Of a stretch of DNA of 64,000 nt, positions 1 to 10,252 are shown one piece after another. The translations under genes were made by a program, and so were the position numbers. The notes under the pieces were generated by a model that saw only the letters and a list, made by a program, of their open reading frames with translations, was not told where the DNA came from and made no database searches. Source of the stretch: a bacterium (lineage in GTDB: Bacteria > Hinthialibacterota > Hinthialibacteria > Hinthialibacterales > Hinthialibacteraceae); assembly GCA_963663405.2 (NCBI GenBank), contig CAXXSM010000036.1, forward strand, positions 1 through 64,000, read 5' to 3'. Numbering within the stretch: position 1 is the first letter of the stretch; each line of letters opens with the position of its first letter.

Positions 1-1050
1 ACGAACTTTGTATCGCATCCACTGGTTAGCGAAGTAAAGGTTCTCTCAGGCGGTGGTGGCAGCATTTTACTCGTGGAAGAACCGGCGCAATCGATCGGAT
101 TCGCTCCGGGAGGGGAAACCATTCTGGCGATCGCAGACGATGGTTATGGCCGAGTGGTTACCTTTACCGATGAGATTGCGTTCTTCAATTCCAACTCGTT
201 GCATAGCGAAAATATCGGTAATTATTCTCACACGCGTTTTGCAAAGAATATCGCCGCGTGGCTTCTTCATTTAGAGGAGACGGAGATCCCCCCGCTTCCC
301 CCAGAACCAACACCGACGCCAACGTTCGCTCCTTCTGCAACTGGCGATGCGGACGCTTTGATCGAGCAAATTCTGGAAGCGAATTCCCCCTGGCTTAATC
401 CGTCGCTCATTCACGCGCAATATTCCTTAAAAAGGAATGGTTCAATCATAGGCGTTTACACTGTAAACAGTGGAGGCAATACCGCTTTACGTGTTGGATC
501 GATAATTCAAACGCCTCTCCATTACCTTCTGAATTCTGATATCGCTTATACGGCGTATTTGCGGGGCGAAACCCTCTACGAAGGAATTCCCGTTACAGTT
601 GTCGATGTGGAATTTAAAGAATGGATCAAGGATCGAATTGGTATGGGTGGACAAGAATCCACGAACTATTCATTCCGGGGAATCGCGATCCACGCTTGCC
701 GGATCTATGTGGATTCCGAAAAACTGACACCGCTCTTCATTGGATGCGCGTCAAAAGAAGGGCAGGAAAAAGAGTGGGGCTCGTTTACCATACAATGGGT
801 TTTTGAGCCTGAGTTTTTCGAATTGGAAGGTGGATACGCGCCTCGTGAATTGACGAGTTATGAATCGTATTTCAATGAATGTCAAACGTTCCAAGTGGAG
901 AATGGCGCCTGGATTTATCAATCGGGAGAATCATGGTATGGAGAATTTAGTCCACACGGTGAGGGTAAGATTCAACAAATCGATCTCGTTGATTTAAATG
1001 TCCACGATGTGATTCAATCCACACCAATTAATTCATGGCCGAATTATTAA
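1..1050 (+). CDS. 5'-partial, probably exported protein with Pro/Thr linker and C-terminal TPINSWPNY motif
   Basis: Frame open from base 1 to TAA at 1050; PPLPPEPTPTPT linker; C-terminus matches the W-x-L-Y-like motif shared in this window. Confidence 0.75.
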   Translation, partial: TNFVSHPLVSEVKVLSGGGGSILLVEEPAQSIGFAPGGETILAIADDGYGRVVTFTDEIAFFNSNSLHSENIGNYSHTRFAKNIAAWLLHLEETEIPPLPPEPTPTPTFAPSATGDADALIEQILEANSPWLNPSLIHAQYSLKRNGSIIGVYTVNSGGNTALRVGSIIQTPLHYLLNSDIAYTAYLRGETLYEGIPVTVVDVEFKEWIKDRIGMGGQESTNYSFRGIAIHACRIYVDSEKLTPLFIGCASKEGQEKEWGSFTIQWVFEPEFFELEGGYAPRELTSYESYFNECQTFQVENGAWIYQSGESWYGEFSPHGEGKIQQIDLVDLNVHDVIQSTPINSWPNY

Positions 1051-1095
1051 TGGTATCTATTTAGAAAATGTTACGCAACGAATCTCGTTTCTTTT

Positions 1096-1123
1096 GGCGC
1101 CGTTCACTCGTGTGAGCGGCGCC
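1096..1123. terminator. GC-rich hairpin between convergent genes, likely terminator
   Basis: GGCGCCGTTCAC-TCGT-GTGAGCGGCGCC inverted repeat flanked by T-rich sequence. Confidence 0.55.
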
Positions 1124-1183
1124 GCGTTCTTTGTGGGGAAGGAATGAGCCGTTTTAGTGTGATTCAGATCAAGAAAAACAAGA

Positions 1184-1765
1184 TCACTTATCCAGAAAGC
1201 TTGATTGAGAATAGGCGATATCGCCTATGGAGATGAGTCCGTTGGAGGGATCGTATGGTTTTGCCAGCCAACGGCGGTCGGGATCGTTGATGAGCGCTTG
1301 GTCCGGTCCAGCGCTGGCCAATCGCCAGAGTGATTTATTAAAGAGCCGTGTCCAGATCGCTGACGTGTTTGACAACCCACCGTTATTAAAAATTGTTGTA
1401 TAGTCATAAGCGAGTTTTGAACCGACGAAATGACCGGGGGAAAGCGATTCAATCACATCCATCGCCTGGAACACATCAGGAACGACCGTTGACATGAACG
1501 CGACCGGCGTTGTTACACGCGACATACAAGACGCCCAGCCATGATCTCCGGATGGACAGGGTTGATCCCACGGCGGCGCGTTCCAATCGATGATATAGGA
1601 TTCAATTGCGACACCCAGATTACGGAAATCTCCCATAACACGGGACAGTTTCGCTCGGGTCTGCGCATTCAAAAAATTGGGCACAGCGATAGCGGCCAGA
1701 ATTCCAATGATCGCCACCACGATCAGGAGTTCAATTAAAGTAAATGATTTGGATTTGTTGCGCAT
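1184..1765 (-). CDS. Prepilin-type N-terminal methylation domain protein (GspG/PilA-like pseudopilin)
   Basis: MRNKSKS-FTLIELLIVVAIIGILAAIAVPNF class III signal with E5; C-terminal SAGPD...YDPSNG..S.GDI; start chosen at ATG 1765. Confidence 0.85.
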   Translation of the reverse strand: MRNKSKSFTLIELLIVVAIIGILAAIAVPNFLNAQTRAKLSRVMGDFRNLGVAIESYIIDWNAPPWDQPCPSGDHGWASCMSRVTTPVAFMSTVVPDVFQAMDVIESLSPGHFVGSKLAYDYTTIFNNGGLSNTSAIWTRLFNKSLWRLASAGPDQALINDPDRRWLAKPYDPSNGLISIGDIAYSQSSFLDK

Positions 1766-1864
1766 AATAGCCTTTTGTATTAGTAGGATCGTCTGAGATT
1801 CCGTCAATCATAGACGGCTGCTGGATATTTGACAATAGAAAGAGAAAGGAAAGAGTGATTCTAT

Positions 1865-3475
1865 TTATATCCCTTCATCTATTTGGATTAATCCTGCGCC
1901 CGGAACCGGCCTGCATAATTCCACGAGCGACTTGTTTGCGGATAGGTTTTGTACTATATTCCGCAATTCACCAACGATCCGTTCGGCGCAATCCAATCGA
2001 ACGAGAACTAGAATCGCTCCACCCAGCCCGGCGCCTGTCAAACCCGCGCCGTAAACTCCATCCAACTGTTTACATTGATCCACCAATCGATCGAGTTCAG
2101 GCACACTGCACCGGTAACCACCCGGTTGATAGGCTGGTGTACTTTCTTCTGATTGAGGGGAAACCGAAGCCTTTTCCGCCAGCGCTTCTAAATATTCATC
2201 ATCGAAGGGACTCCGGTATGGATAGGACTGACCATCTTTCCAAGTGGTGACGCGATCACCATCGTGGGATATGTACATCAGGCGCCCCGCCACTTCGATG
2301 GATTGTTCCCGAAGGAGCCGGGCGAATAATCGGGCGCGCGCGCATTCGGTGACACCGAAAAGGAGCGTCTCCCGCAAAGGCAAGGCCTCTTTCGGTTGGC
2401 CGTAGGTTGAGACAACGCGGTCGAGATCCGATTCCAGATCGGGGTAGTGTTGTTTTAATTCATCAATAAAAGCCGATACAGGAACGGATGTGAACGAGCG
2501 GTAGAACGATGGCAGATCCATTCCCAATGTTTCAGAAGATATGTCTCTCAAATAGTGGAGCGCTTCCCGGTGTTCTGGATGCGCATGTCGGTATAGAAGA
2601 AACGCCGTTTCGTACGCCGCGATCCGGGAATTGAATATTTCACGGGCGTTGGTCGCTTTGCTGGCCTCGAGTCCGCTGTGACAAAGAACGGCTCCGCATT
2701 CTTCCGGAAATGGACAGTATTCAAATGAAAGCGGTTTAAAACCGGTATGCGTCACCGAACCGGCTTTCCCCAATAGCATCGCGGAATGATCGCCAGCGCC
2801 TCCCCGTGTCCCCGTGTACCATTCCCCTTCACCACAGAGTTCGACAAGATCCTCATTTCGGAGCGAGAGACGGTTGACCTGACGCAGCGCCAACGCTGCG
2901 CCGACAACAAGGGTGGATGATGAAGAAAGCCCGGATTTTGAGGGAATATCTCCATTGGCTAATACATTGAATCCTTTTAGGTTAGTGTCTTTGAGATGAT
3001 CCTGCAGTTTAAGCGCGCCCGCCTTCAGATAATTCCCCCAATGCCCTCGTTCCAGCGATACGCCTTCGATAAATTCCATCCAACGCCCGCGAGAAGTTTC
3101 CGGGATTTCCTCCGTAATGGAAAATTCACAATCCGGGTAGCTCGCGTCGATGTTTTTAGCTACGATTTTATCGTCATCCCTTGGTGAAAAGCAGAAGACG
3201 ATCTCTCGCGCGATGGGCATATAATTACACCATCCCCCGCGATGATCGATATGAACGCCCATCAAATTGATCCGCCCAGGAATACGCAGAAGATATGCCT
3301 CACGCGCCTCCGGAAACGCGTTCCCGAACGCGTCGATAACACCACGGAATAGGTTTAATTTCTCTCCTAGTAATTGAGTATCCGATCCATAGAGTGAAGT
3401 AAAAAAATGGGATCCGTCTTCACTATAGAGAAAATTCTGAAATTGTTCGATCGTGTATGATTTCGCAAAAACCAT
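1865..3475 (-). CDS. galK: Galactokinase-family (GHMP) sugar kinase
   Basis: PGRINLMGVHIDH, GLSSSS ATP loop, GAGLTGAGLGG; start at ATG 3475 with GGAG upstream; sugar specificity uncertain. Confidence 0.75.
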   Translation of the reverse strand: MVFAKSYTIEQFQNFLYSEDGSHFFTSLYGSDTQLLGEKLNLFRGVIDAFGNAFPEAREAYLLRIPGRINLMGVHIDHRGGWCNYMPIAREIVFCFSPRDDDKIVAKNIDASYPDCEFSITEEIPETSRGRWMEFIEGVSLERGHWGNYLKAGALKLQDHLKDTNLKGFNVLANGDIPSKSGLSSSSTLVVGAALALRQVNRLSLRNEDLVELCGEGEWYTGTRGGAGDHSAMLLGKAGSVTHTGFKPLSFEYCPFPEECGAVLCHSGLEASKATNAREIFNSRIAAYETAFLLYRHAHPEHREALHYLRDISSETLGMDLPSFYRSFTSVPVSAFIDELKQHYPDLESDLDRVVSTYGQPKEALPLRETLLFGVTECARARLFARLLREQSIEVAGRLMYISHDGDRVTTWKDGQSYPYRSPFDDEYLEALAEKASVSPQSEESTPAYQPGGYRCSVPELDRLVDQCKQLDGVYGAGLTGAGLGGAILVLVRLDCAERIVGELRNIVQNLSANKSLVELCRPVPGAGLIQIDEGI

Positions 3476-3735
3476 AGAAATACTCCTCCGATAAACTAAC
3501 GATAATCTAACGCCATAAGTGGAGGAAAGAAAAGGCCTTTGGTGAGAATACATAGAATGATCTTTGCGCTGTACTCTTTTTATTTGTCTTTAAAAAAAGT
3601 AAAAAGTACTCCTTAGTTATCCCAAATTTATCCCCAAACACTCCCCCTATAAATTACTAGACATCATCCCATGAACGATCTATCATTTGTCCGATTCACC
3701 AGACCAATCATCATTCTGGGAAGAAGGAGACGATT

Positions 3736-4374
3736 ATGCCCGACAAGAAGGATGGCGATTCTAAACAAGAACGCACTCTCTCGCGCCGGTTGTTTTTGAA
3801 AGGCGTTGGAACCAGCGCTGCTGGGACGGCGGTGGCGGCGGCCAGCCTGCCTATGTTGGAACAAACCGCCGAAGCGGCCCGGAACGCGAAATGTTTCGGC
3901 CCGGAAGCCGTGCCGATCCGGCTCAATGTGAATGGAAGAACCTATTCGGTGAAAGCTGAACCGAGAGAAACCCTCCTCGATGTTCTGCGGGAACGATTGG
4001 ATATCACCGGCCCGAAATTGGTCTGTGATAAAGGGACATGCGGCGCTTGCACCGTCCATCTCGATGGAACGCCAGTTTACGCCTGCATGATGCTGGCGAT
4101 CAGCGCGCAAGGCAAGAAAATCAAAACGATCGAAGGGATGGCGAATGGGGATGAACTGCATCCCGTCCAGCAGGCGTTCGTCGAGAAAGACGCGATCCAA
4201 TGCGGCTTCTGTACGCCAGGTTTCGTCATGTCGATGGCGGCGGTGTTTGAACAGAATCCTAGAGCTACTATGGACGAAGTGAAGCAAGGCGTCTCAGGCC
4301 ACATTTGCCGGTGCGGTGGATACCAGCAAATCTTCGAAGCCGCCGAACTCATGCGAAAAGGAAATGGAGGGTGA
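3736..4374 (+). CDS. Xanthine dehydrogenase-family 2x[2Fe-2S] subunit with Tat signal (PaoA/YagT-like)
   Basis: SRRLFLK twin-arginine motif; CDKGTCGAC...C and QCGFC...CRC cluster motifs. Confidence 0.92.
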   Translation: MPDKKDGDSKQERTLSRRLFLKGVGTSAAGTAVAAASLPMLEQTAEAARNAKCFGPEAVPIRLNVNGRTYSVKAEPRETLLDVLRERLDITGPKLVCDKGTCGACTVHLDGTPVYACMMLAISAQGKKIKTIEGMANGDELHPVQQAFVEKDAIQCGFCTPGFVMSMAAVFEQNPRATMDEVKQGVSGHICRCGGYQQIFEAAELMRKGNGG

Positions 4375-4378
4375 GATT

Positions 4379-6628
4379 ATGACTCGAAAAGTATCAGCCC
4401 TCGTTGGGTATAAACAAAATACAACGCGCGCCGAATATGAGGTTCCGGACAACGAACCCGGCGTTTGGGGAATCGATCGGAATTTTTCTGTCGCGGGAAC
4501 GAAAAATGTTCCCCGCTTGGACGCTGTAGAAAAAGCGACGGGGAAAGCGAAATATACCTACGATATCAAACGCCCCCGTATGCTTCACGCCGCGCTGGTG
4601 ACTTGCCCCTATTCCCGCGCGCTCGTGAAGAACGTGGATATCTCCGAAGCGAAACAAGCGCCCGGTGTTCAATTAATCGAGTTGTTCGAAAATGTTGTCG
4701 GTCAAGAAGCAAAGTGCGCCGGCTGGAAAATTGCGGTGGTTGTGGCGGAGACTCTTCAGCAAGCGCGCGACGCCGCCAAGAAGGTCAAAGTAGAATACGA
4801 AGAACGGCCCTTTGTCCATGATCTGGAAACAGCGATGGACAATGACGCGCCAGAAATTCACAGCGGCGGCAATGTCAGTAAAGCCAACATCCGGGAGAAT
4901 GGAGACGTCGAGAAAGGTTTCCAAGAAGCCGATGTCATTCATGAAGGCACATATTCAACCCAAGTACAGACCCATTCCTGCCTTGAAACGCATGGCTGTA
5001 TCGCGGAATGGAACGGGGATGAATTGACCGTCTGGTTTTCCACGCAAGCCATCTGGATCGTCGCGCGGGGATTGGCGGACGCATTCCGTAAAGAAGGGTT
5101 GACGGTTAACAAAACCCGCTGTATCACCCAGCATATGGGCGGTGGATTCGGGAGTAAATTCGGGGCGGAAGATTTCGGTATTCTCTGCGCCCGGATGGCG
5201 AAAAAGTTGGGCCGTCCTGTGAAACTGATGATGGATCGTACGGTGGAAGCTTTAATGATGGGCAACAAACCCTCCGCTAAAATGACGATCAAACTAGGCG
5301 CCAAGCGTGATGGGACGCTCACCGCCTTATATGTAAAAACCTATAATGTGCCAGGATACACGGGTTCAGACAGCGTCAGCAGTCCATTCTTCAATCATTA
5401 CGATTGCCCTAACATCAAGTGCGAAGAACGGAATGTTTTTATCAACGCCGGCGCTTCCCGCGCATTCCGCGCGCCTGGTTGTCCGCAGGGATCGTTCGGT
5501 CTGGAAATGGCGATGGATGAACTCGCGCAGAAATTAAATCTCCATCCCTTCGATCTACGCGTCAAAAACATCTCTGGAAATCCACTCAAAGCGCTGCCGT
5601 ATGAATTCAAACTCGGCGCCGATCGATTTCAGTATAAAGAAAAATACAACAATAACGCCTCTCAAAAAGGCCGCTTCCGGCGGGGTGTAGGATGCGGGAT
5701 CACCCATTGGTCTAATGCGGGATGGCCGGGCGGCGCGATCGTTCGTTGTAATATTTTCCCCGACGGCAGCGTTGAATTCGCAAACAGTTGCCAGGACATC
5801 GGCACGGGAACCCGCGCCGCTTTAGCTATCACAGGCGCGGAAGAATTAGGCATTGATGTAGGATTCGTGGATGTCTCCCTTGGTGATACAAACCTGGGGC
5901 TTCCGGGGCCGTATAGTGGTGGAAGCAGCGTCACCCCATGTGTCACACCTGCCCTGCGCAGCGCGGCGTACAAAGCGAAACAGCGGCTCTTTAAACAAGT
6001 GGCTGCTAAATGGAATGTCTCTGCGGAGGACCTGGACTGCAAAAACAGCGTTGTCTTTTGCAAATCAGACGCGGATAAGAAGGTGAACTGGGCTGAAGCC
6101 TGTGCGATGCTGTCCGGTGATGGAGTTGTCACATTGGGTGAATATGTGGAAAGCCCCAAGTTTCCCGGAAGTGGTGGAAGCGTGTTCGGCGCTCAATTCG
6201 CGGAAGTGGAAGTCGACACCGAAACTGGAAAAGTAAAAGTGCTGAAAGTCACCGCCGTGCAGGATTGTGGAAAGACCATTGCGAAAAATCAAGCGGAAAC
6301 TCAGATCATCGGCGCCGTGACGCAGGGTGTGACTTCGGCCATTCTCGAAACCCGCGTCATCGATAACGTGACCGGCCGCCCGCTTAATCCCAACATGGAA
6401 AGTTATAAGATTCTCTGCGGCAAACAATCGCCGGAAATCGAACCGATTCTGTTGGATGTTATCGATCCAGTGAATGTGACCGGCGCCAAGGGATTGGGAG
6501 AACCGCCTTACATTCCTACAGCGGGAGCGATCGCCTGCGCGGTCTCGAATGCGCTGGGCGTTCCGATTCGCGAAATCCCGATCACACCCGACAAAGTGTT
6601 AACCGCCTTGCAAGAGAAGGAGGGATAA
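4379..6628 (+). CDS. Xanthine dehydrogenase-family molybdopterin-binding subunit (PaoC/YagR-like)
   Basis: GGGFGSK, FRAPG, QDIGTG, KGLGEPP (catalytic Glu); start at ATG 4379 after GGAGG. Confidence 0.92.
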   Translation: MTRKVSALVGYKQNTTRAEYEVPDNEPGVWGIDRNFSVAGTKNVPRLDAVEKATGKAKYTYDIKRPRMLHAALVTCPYSRALVKNVDISEAKQAPGVQLIELFENVVGQEAKCAGWKIAVVVAETLQQARDAAKKVKVEYEERPFVHDLETAMDNDAPEIHSGGNVSKANIRENGDVEKGFQEADVIHEGTYSTQVQTHSCLETHGCIAEWNGDELTVWFSTQAIWIVARGLADAFRKEGLTVNKTRCITQHMGGGFGSKFGAEDFGILCARMAKKLGRPVKLMMDRTVEALMMGNKPSAKMTIKLGAKRDGTLTALYVKTYNVPGYTGSDSVSSPFFNHYDCPNIKCEERNVFINAGASRAFRAPGCPQGSFGLEMAMDELAQKLNLHPFDLRVKNISGNPLKALPYEFKLGADRFQYKEKYNNNASQKGRFRRGVGCGITHWSNAGWPGGAIVRCNIFPDGSVEFANSCQDIGTGTRAALAITGAEELGIDVGFVDVSLGDTNLGLPGPYSGGSSVTPCVTPALRSAAYKAKQRLFKQVAAKWNVSAEDLDCKNSVVFCKSDADKKVNWAEACAMLSGDGVVTLGEYVESPKFPGSGGSVFGAQFAEVEVDTETGKVKVLKVTAVQDCGKTIAKNQAETQIIGAVTQGVTSAILETRVIDNVTGRPLNPNMESYKILCGKQSPEIEPILLDVIDPVNVTGAKGLGEPPYIPTAGAIACAVSNALGVPIREIPITPDKVLTALQEKEG

Positions 6629-6631
6629 ACG

Positions 6632-7606
6632 ATGAAACCTTTCGAATACATCCAAGCGGATTCCCCCAACGAAGCGGTGTCTTTTTTGAATGAAGAAATG
6701 GACACGACAAAAATCCTGGCGGGCGGGATGGATCTTTTGACGGAGTTGAAAGAAGAAATCATTGAGCCGAAACGCTTGGTCAGCATTGGGGAGATCGAGA
6801 GCCTTCAATACATCCGGCTTGATAATGGAACGCTGCGCATTGGAGCGGCAACCACACTTACCGAAATCGCCAACCATAAAGCGATTCAAGAGAGTTTCAC
6901 CGTTTTGGCCGATGCGGCTTCAGTGGTTGGATCGCCCCAGATTAGGAACCGGGGAACTCTGGGCGGTAATCTCTGTCAACGGCCGCGCTGTTGGTATTAT
7001 CGCGGCGAGGCGTATCATTGCCTGAAGAAAGGCGGGGATTTCTGCTATGCGGTTTCTGGACGGAACAAATATCACGCCATCCTGGGTGGAGCGCCGTGTT
7101 TCATCGTCCATCCTTCCGACTGCGCGCCCGCGTTGATCGCATTGAGCGCGAAGGTTCATATCCTGGGACCGGATGGTTCGCGTGAAGCGCCGTTGGAAGA
7201 ATGCTTCGTCCTCCCCGAAGATGACGTATTCCGGGAAATCAAGATAGAACCGAATGAAATCATTACGGAAGTGGAAATACCACCGAATCGTTGTAAAAGC
7301 GTCTATATCAAATTCCGGGAAAAAGATGATTTCGATTGGTCGCTCTCGTCTGTCGCCGCCGCGTTGGAATTGGATGGCTCGCGCTGCAAGAAAGCCAGTC
7401 TCGTTCTTGGCGGCGTCGCGACAATACCGTGGCGCGCCAAGGAGGCGGAATCACTGCTCGCTGGCAAGACGATTACAGAGTCTCTCGCGCTGGAAGCGGG
7501 AGAAGCCGCTGTCGTAGACGCGATTCCATTGGATGAAAACGCCTACAAAATTCCTCTCACCAAAGCGCTTGTTAAACAGGCTATAATGAACTGTATTAAT
7601 CACTAA
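6632..7606 (+). CDS. Xanthine dehydrogenase-family FAD subunit (PaoB/YagS-like)
   Basis: AGGMDL, QIRNRGTLGGN, and CQRPRCWYYR..C....C..C insertion typical of [4Fe-4S]-containing PaoB. Confidence 0.92.
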   Translation: MKPFEYIQADSPNEAVSFLNEEMDTTKILAGGMDLLTELKEEIIEPKRLVSIGEIESLQYIRLDNGTLRIGAATTLTEIANHKAIQESFTVLADAASVVGSPQIRNRGTLGGNLCQRPRCWYYRGEAYHCLKKGGDFCYAVSGRNKYHAILGGAPCFIVHPSDCAPALIALSAKVHILGPDGSREAPLEECFVLPEDDVFREIKIEPNEIITEVEIPPNRCKSVYIKFREKDDFDWSLSSVAAALELDGSRCKKASLVLGGVATIPWRAKEAESLLAGKTITESLALEAGEAAVVDAIPLDENAYKIPLTKALVKQAIMNCINH

Positions 7607-7623
7607 TTTTGTAAAGACTCTCT

Positions 7624-8622
7624 ATGCCTCAAAAAAGCCTGATTGATCCATACAACCGGCGAATTACCTATCTCCGCATGTCGGTGACGGACCGGTGTAA
7701 TTTCCGGTGTCTCTATTGCGCCCACGAGGAGCGCTTTCACGATCTCGAACGCTGGCGCCTGCTCTCGTTTGAAGATTTGTTTCGCATCGGCCGGATTGTA
7801 GTGGAAGAGGGAATCCAAAAAATCCGTTTGACTGGTGGCGAACCGTTATTGCGGAAATCCCTTCACCAACTTATCGAGAAACTGAGCCGGATTGATGGTT
7901 TACAGGATTTATGCCTGACCACGAATGGCTATTTTCTTAAGGAACAGGCGCGATCGCTGGCGGACGCGGGTTTGCGCCGCGTCAATATCAGCGTGGATAG
8001 TTTGAAGCCTGATACGTTTGAACACATTACGCAGGGCGGCGATCTTCAGCGCGTTCTTGAGGGAATTGAGACAGCGTCGGAGGTCTTTCCAGGAATCGTT
8101 AAAATCAATACTGTCGCGATCAATCAGATTAATGACAATGAGATTCTTGATTTCGCGCGGCTGACCATCGATCGGGATTTCGATGTCCGGTTTATCGAGC
8201 CGATGCCTCTTTTTGCAAAGGCGTCTTTCAAACGGGAAGATGTCCTGCCCGCCGCAGAGATTAAACAACGCATCGCTGACGTCTATGGATTGGAATCCAT
8301 TCAGGAGGATGAACCGCGTTCCGGCCCCTCACGCCTCTACCGGATTCCTGGCGCGCGGGGGCGGATTGGATTGATCGCCGCGGTGACGGATGAGTTTTGC
8401 GCGCGCTGCAACCGTATCCGGTTGACGCCGGATGGGAAAATCCGCGGATGTCTTCTCTCGGATGGTGAGGTGGATCTTTTTACGCTCCTCCATCGTGGGG
8501 CGGGGGACGATGAAATCCGTGACTGCATTCATCAAGTCATTCGGAATAAACCGGAAAAGCATACGATGGACACAATTCAATTTATCCCCCCTCAAAAGCC
8601 GATGTCACAAATCGGCGGTTGA
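7624..8622 (+). CDS. moaA: GTP 3',8-cyclase MoaA
   Basis: YLRMSVTDRCNFRCLYC radical-SAM motif, CARCNRIR...C, C-terminal MSQIGG. Confidence 0.95.
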   Translation: MPQKSLIDPYNRRITYLRMSVTDRCNFRCLYCAHEERFHDLERWRLLSFEDLFRIGRIVVEEGIQKIRLTGGEPLLRKSLHQLIEKLSRIDGLQDLCLTTNGYFLKEQARSLADAGLRRVNISVDSLKPDTFEHITQGGDLQRVLEGIETASEVFPGIVKINTVAINQINDNEILDFARLTIDRDFDVRFIEPMPLFAKASFKREDVLPAAEIKQRIADVYGLESIQEDEPRSGPSRLYRIPGARGRIGLIAAVTDEFCARCNRIRLTPDGKIRGCLLSDGEVDLFTLLHRGAGDDEIRDCIHQVIRNKPEKHTMDTIQFIPPQKPMSQIGG

Positions 8623-8625
8623 ATT

Positions 8626-9450
8626 CTACCCGTCCGCTTCCATAACTTTATTGGATTCTTGCACAATCTCACCGAGAATGCTGATGGCGATTTCCGCGGG
8701 AGTATGCCCGCCGATGGGAAGACCAATCGGCGCGTGTGCCTGTTGCAGCCGTTCGTTGGATATCCCTTCCGCCAATAGGTTTTCCCGTACTTTTTTACAT
8801 TTCGTTTTACTGCCGATCATGCCAACGTACCGGGCTGGTGTTCCCAGCGCGTCTTTAAGCAGCGATTGATCCAGCGCGTGGTTGTAGGTCATGATGACGA
8901 TTGAATCGCGAAGGGTGGGTTGAAGGGTCTCCATTGCTTGATCAAATGGTCCGTGAACCAAGCGGATCGTCTTTGGGAAATATTCTGGATCGGCGTATTC
9001 TTCCCGGTCGTCGTACACAACGATGTGAAAATCCAATTCGGACGCCATCCGCGCCAGCGTTCGTCCTACATGACCTGCGCCAAAGATGAGAAGCCGTGGC
9101 GCGTTTCCAATCGGTTCAATGAAGACGCGCATCTCACCGCCACAGGCTCCCTCGGAAGCGCCGGGTGTCGAATCCCGCAGTGTAATATGGATCAATCCAC
9201 TCTCACCGCTGCCGATCCGGATCAGCGCTTCTTCGATCACGCGCTTTTCCAATCCCCCGCCACCGACGGTTCCTTCAATCGAGCCGTCCGGGTAGACGAT
9301 CATACGCGCGCCTGGTTTCCGGGGCGTCGAGCCTTTCGCTTCCACTACAGTCGCCAGGGCGGCTGGGCGGTCTTCATCAATCAATTCTTGCGCGCGCTGG
9401 AATAGTGGAATCACGGTTCTTACTCCTTCATTCGTTCGTATTGATTGCAA
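8626..9450 (-). CDS. xdhC: XdhC/CoxI family molybdoenzyme maturation factor
   Basis: GSTPRKPGARM, GTVGGG, CGGEM, IFGAGHV, APIGLPIGGHTPAEIAISI. Confidence 0.92.
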   Translation of the reverse strand: MQSIRTNEGVRTVIPLFQRAQELIDEDRPAALATVVEAKGSTPRKPGARMIVYPDGSIEGTVGGGGLEKRVIEEALIRIGSGESGLIHITLRDSTPGASEGACGGEMRVFIEPIGNAPRLLIFGAGHVGRTLARMASELDFHIVVYDDREEYADPEYFPKTIRLVHGPFDQAMETLQPTLRDSIVIMTYNHALDQSLLKDALGTPARYVGMIGSKTKCKKVRENLLAEGISNERLQQAHAPIGLPIGGHTPAEIAISILGEIVQESNKVMEADG

Positions 9451-10046
9451 AGAGTTTCAAAATCATCTGGTGTATTTAAATTGTGCAGTATTGTATCGGT
9501 ATCTACCGTCACGTGCTGAATCATATCTGGATGGTTTGCGTACAAATCCCGGAGTGATTGATCTTCCTTCATCATAAAGATTTCCGGGAAATAGGCGGCG
9601 CCGATCAAAGGAGGATGCCCGCGCTTGTAATTAAAAGAGGGGATGCGGATCGAATCCGGCCCATCAAACGCCACCGCCAACATCTCCAAAACCTTTAAAG
9701 GAATCAACGGGCAATCCACCGGCCATATAAATACACCAGCGATCTTCGCGGGCAGAGCCCGGAGACCGCATTGCACGCTCGTTGTACGTCCCTTTGAATA
9801 ATCGGGATTCACAACATAGGGAAGGGAACTAGAGACAGCGGCTTGAATCCGCTCCGGCTCATGACCGAGAACAGTGATTGAACGTACATCCGGGCGAAGG
9901 AGAAATGGATTGGACAGAATGCGTTCTAATATAGTTTGCCCACCCAAACACAAAAGCGGTTTAGGCGATCCCATCCGTTCAGACTTCCCCGCCGCGAGAA
10001 TGATCACGCCGAAAAGTATGTCTCTATTCTCTTTGCCAGTCTCCAT
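9420..10046 (-). CDS. mocA: Molybdenum cofactor cytidylyltransferase-like nucleotidyltransferase
   Basis: ILAAGKSERMGSPKPLL, VDCP, RGHPPL; adjacent to xdhC. Confidence 0.8.
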   Translation of the reverse strand: METGKENRDILFGVIILAAGKSERMGSPKPLLCLGGQTILERILSNPFLLRPDVRSITVLGHEPERIQAAVSSSLPYVVNPDYSKGRTTSVQCGLRALPAKIAGVFIWPVDCPLIPLKVLEMLAVAFDGPDSIRIPSFNYKRGHPPLIGAAYFPEIFMMKEDQSLRDLYANHPDMIQHVTVDTDTILHNLNTPDDFETLCNQYERMKE

Positions 10047-10252
10047 AGATCCAATCCTTGTTCAGATTCCTATTGTATCGAATCGCCTGGAAAAGATCGA
10101 GCGTTGTTTGAAATCTTACGCCGATTATTTATGAAGGAAGTGAATTGGGAGTAGATTTACGGTATACCTTCATCGCCTTTCCGAATAGTCTTTGAGTCAT
10201 TAGAATAATGAAAACATATATCAATACCAGCAAGATGGAAAGGACATGCCAT

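Noticed and set aside
3664-4287. 207-aa antisense ORF, and similar antisense ORFs elsewhere (e.g. 56049..56789, 62465..63121)
   Set aside because: Fully overlap well-supported genes on the opposite strand and have no motifs
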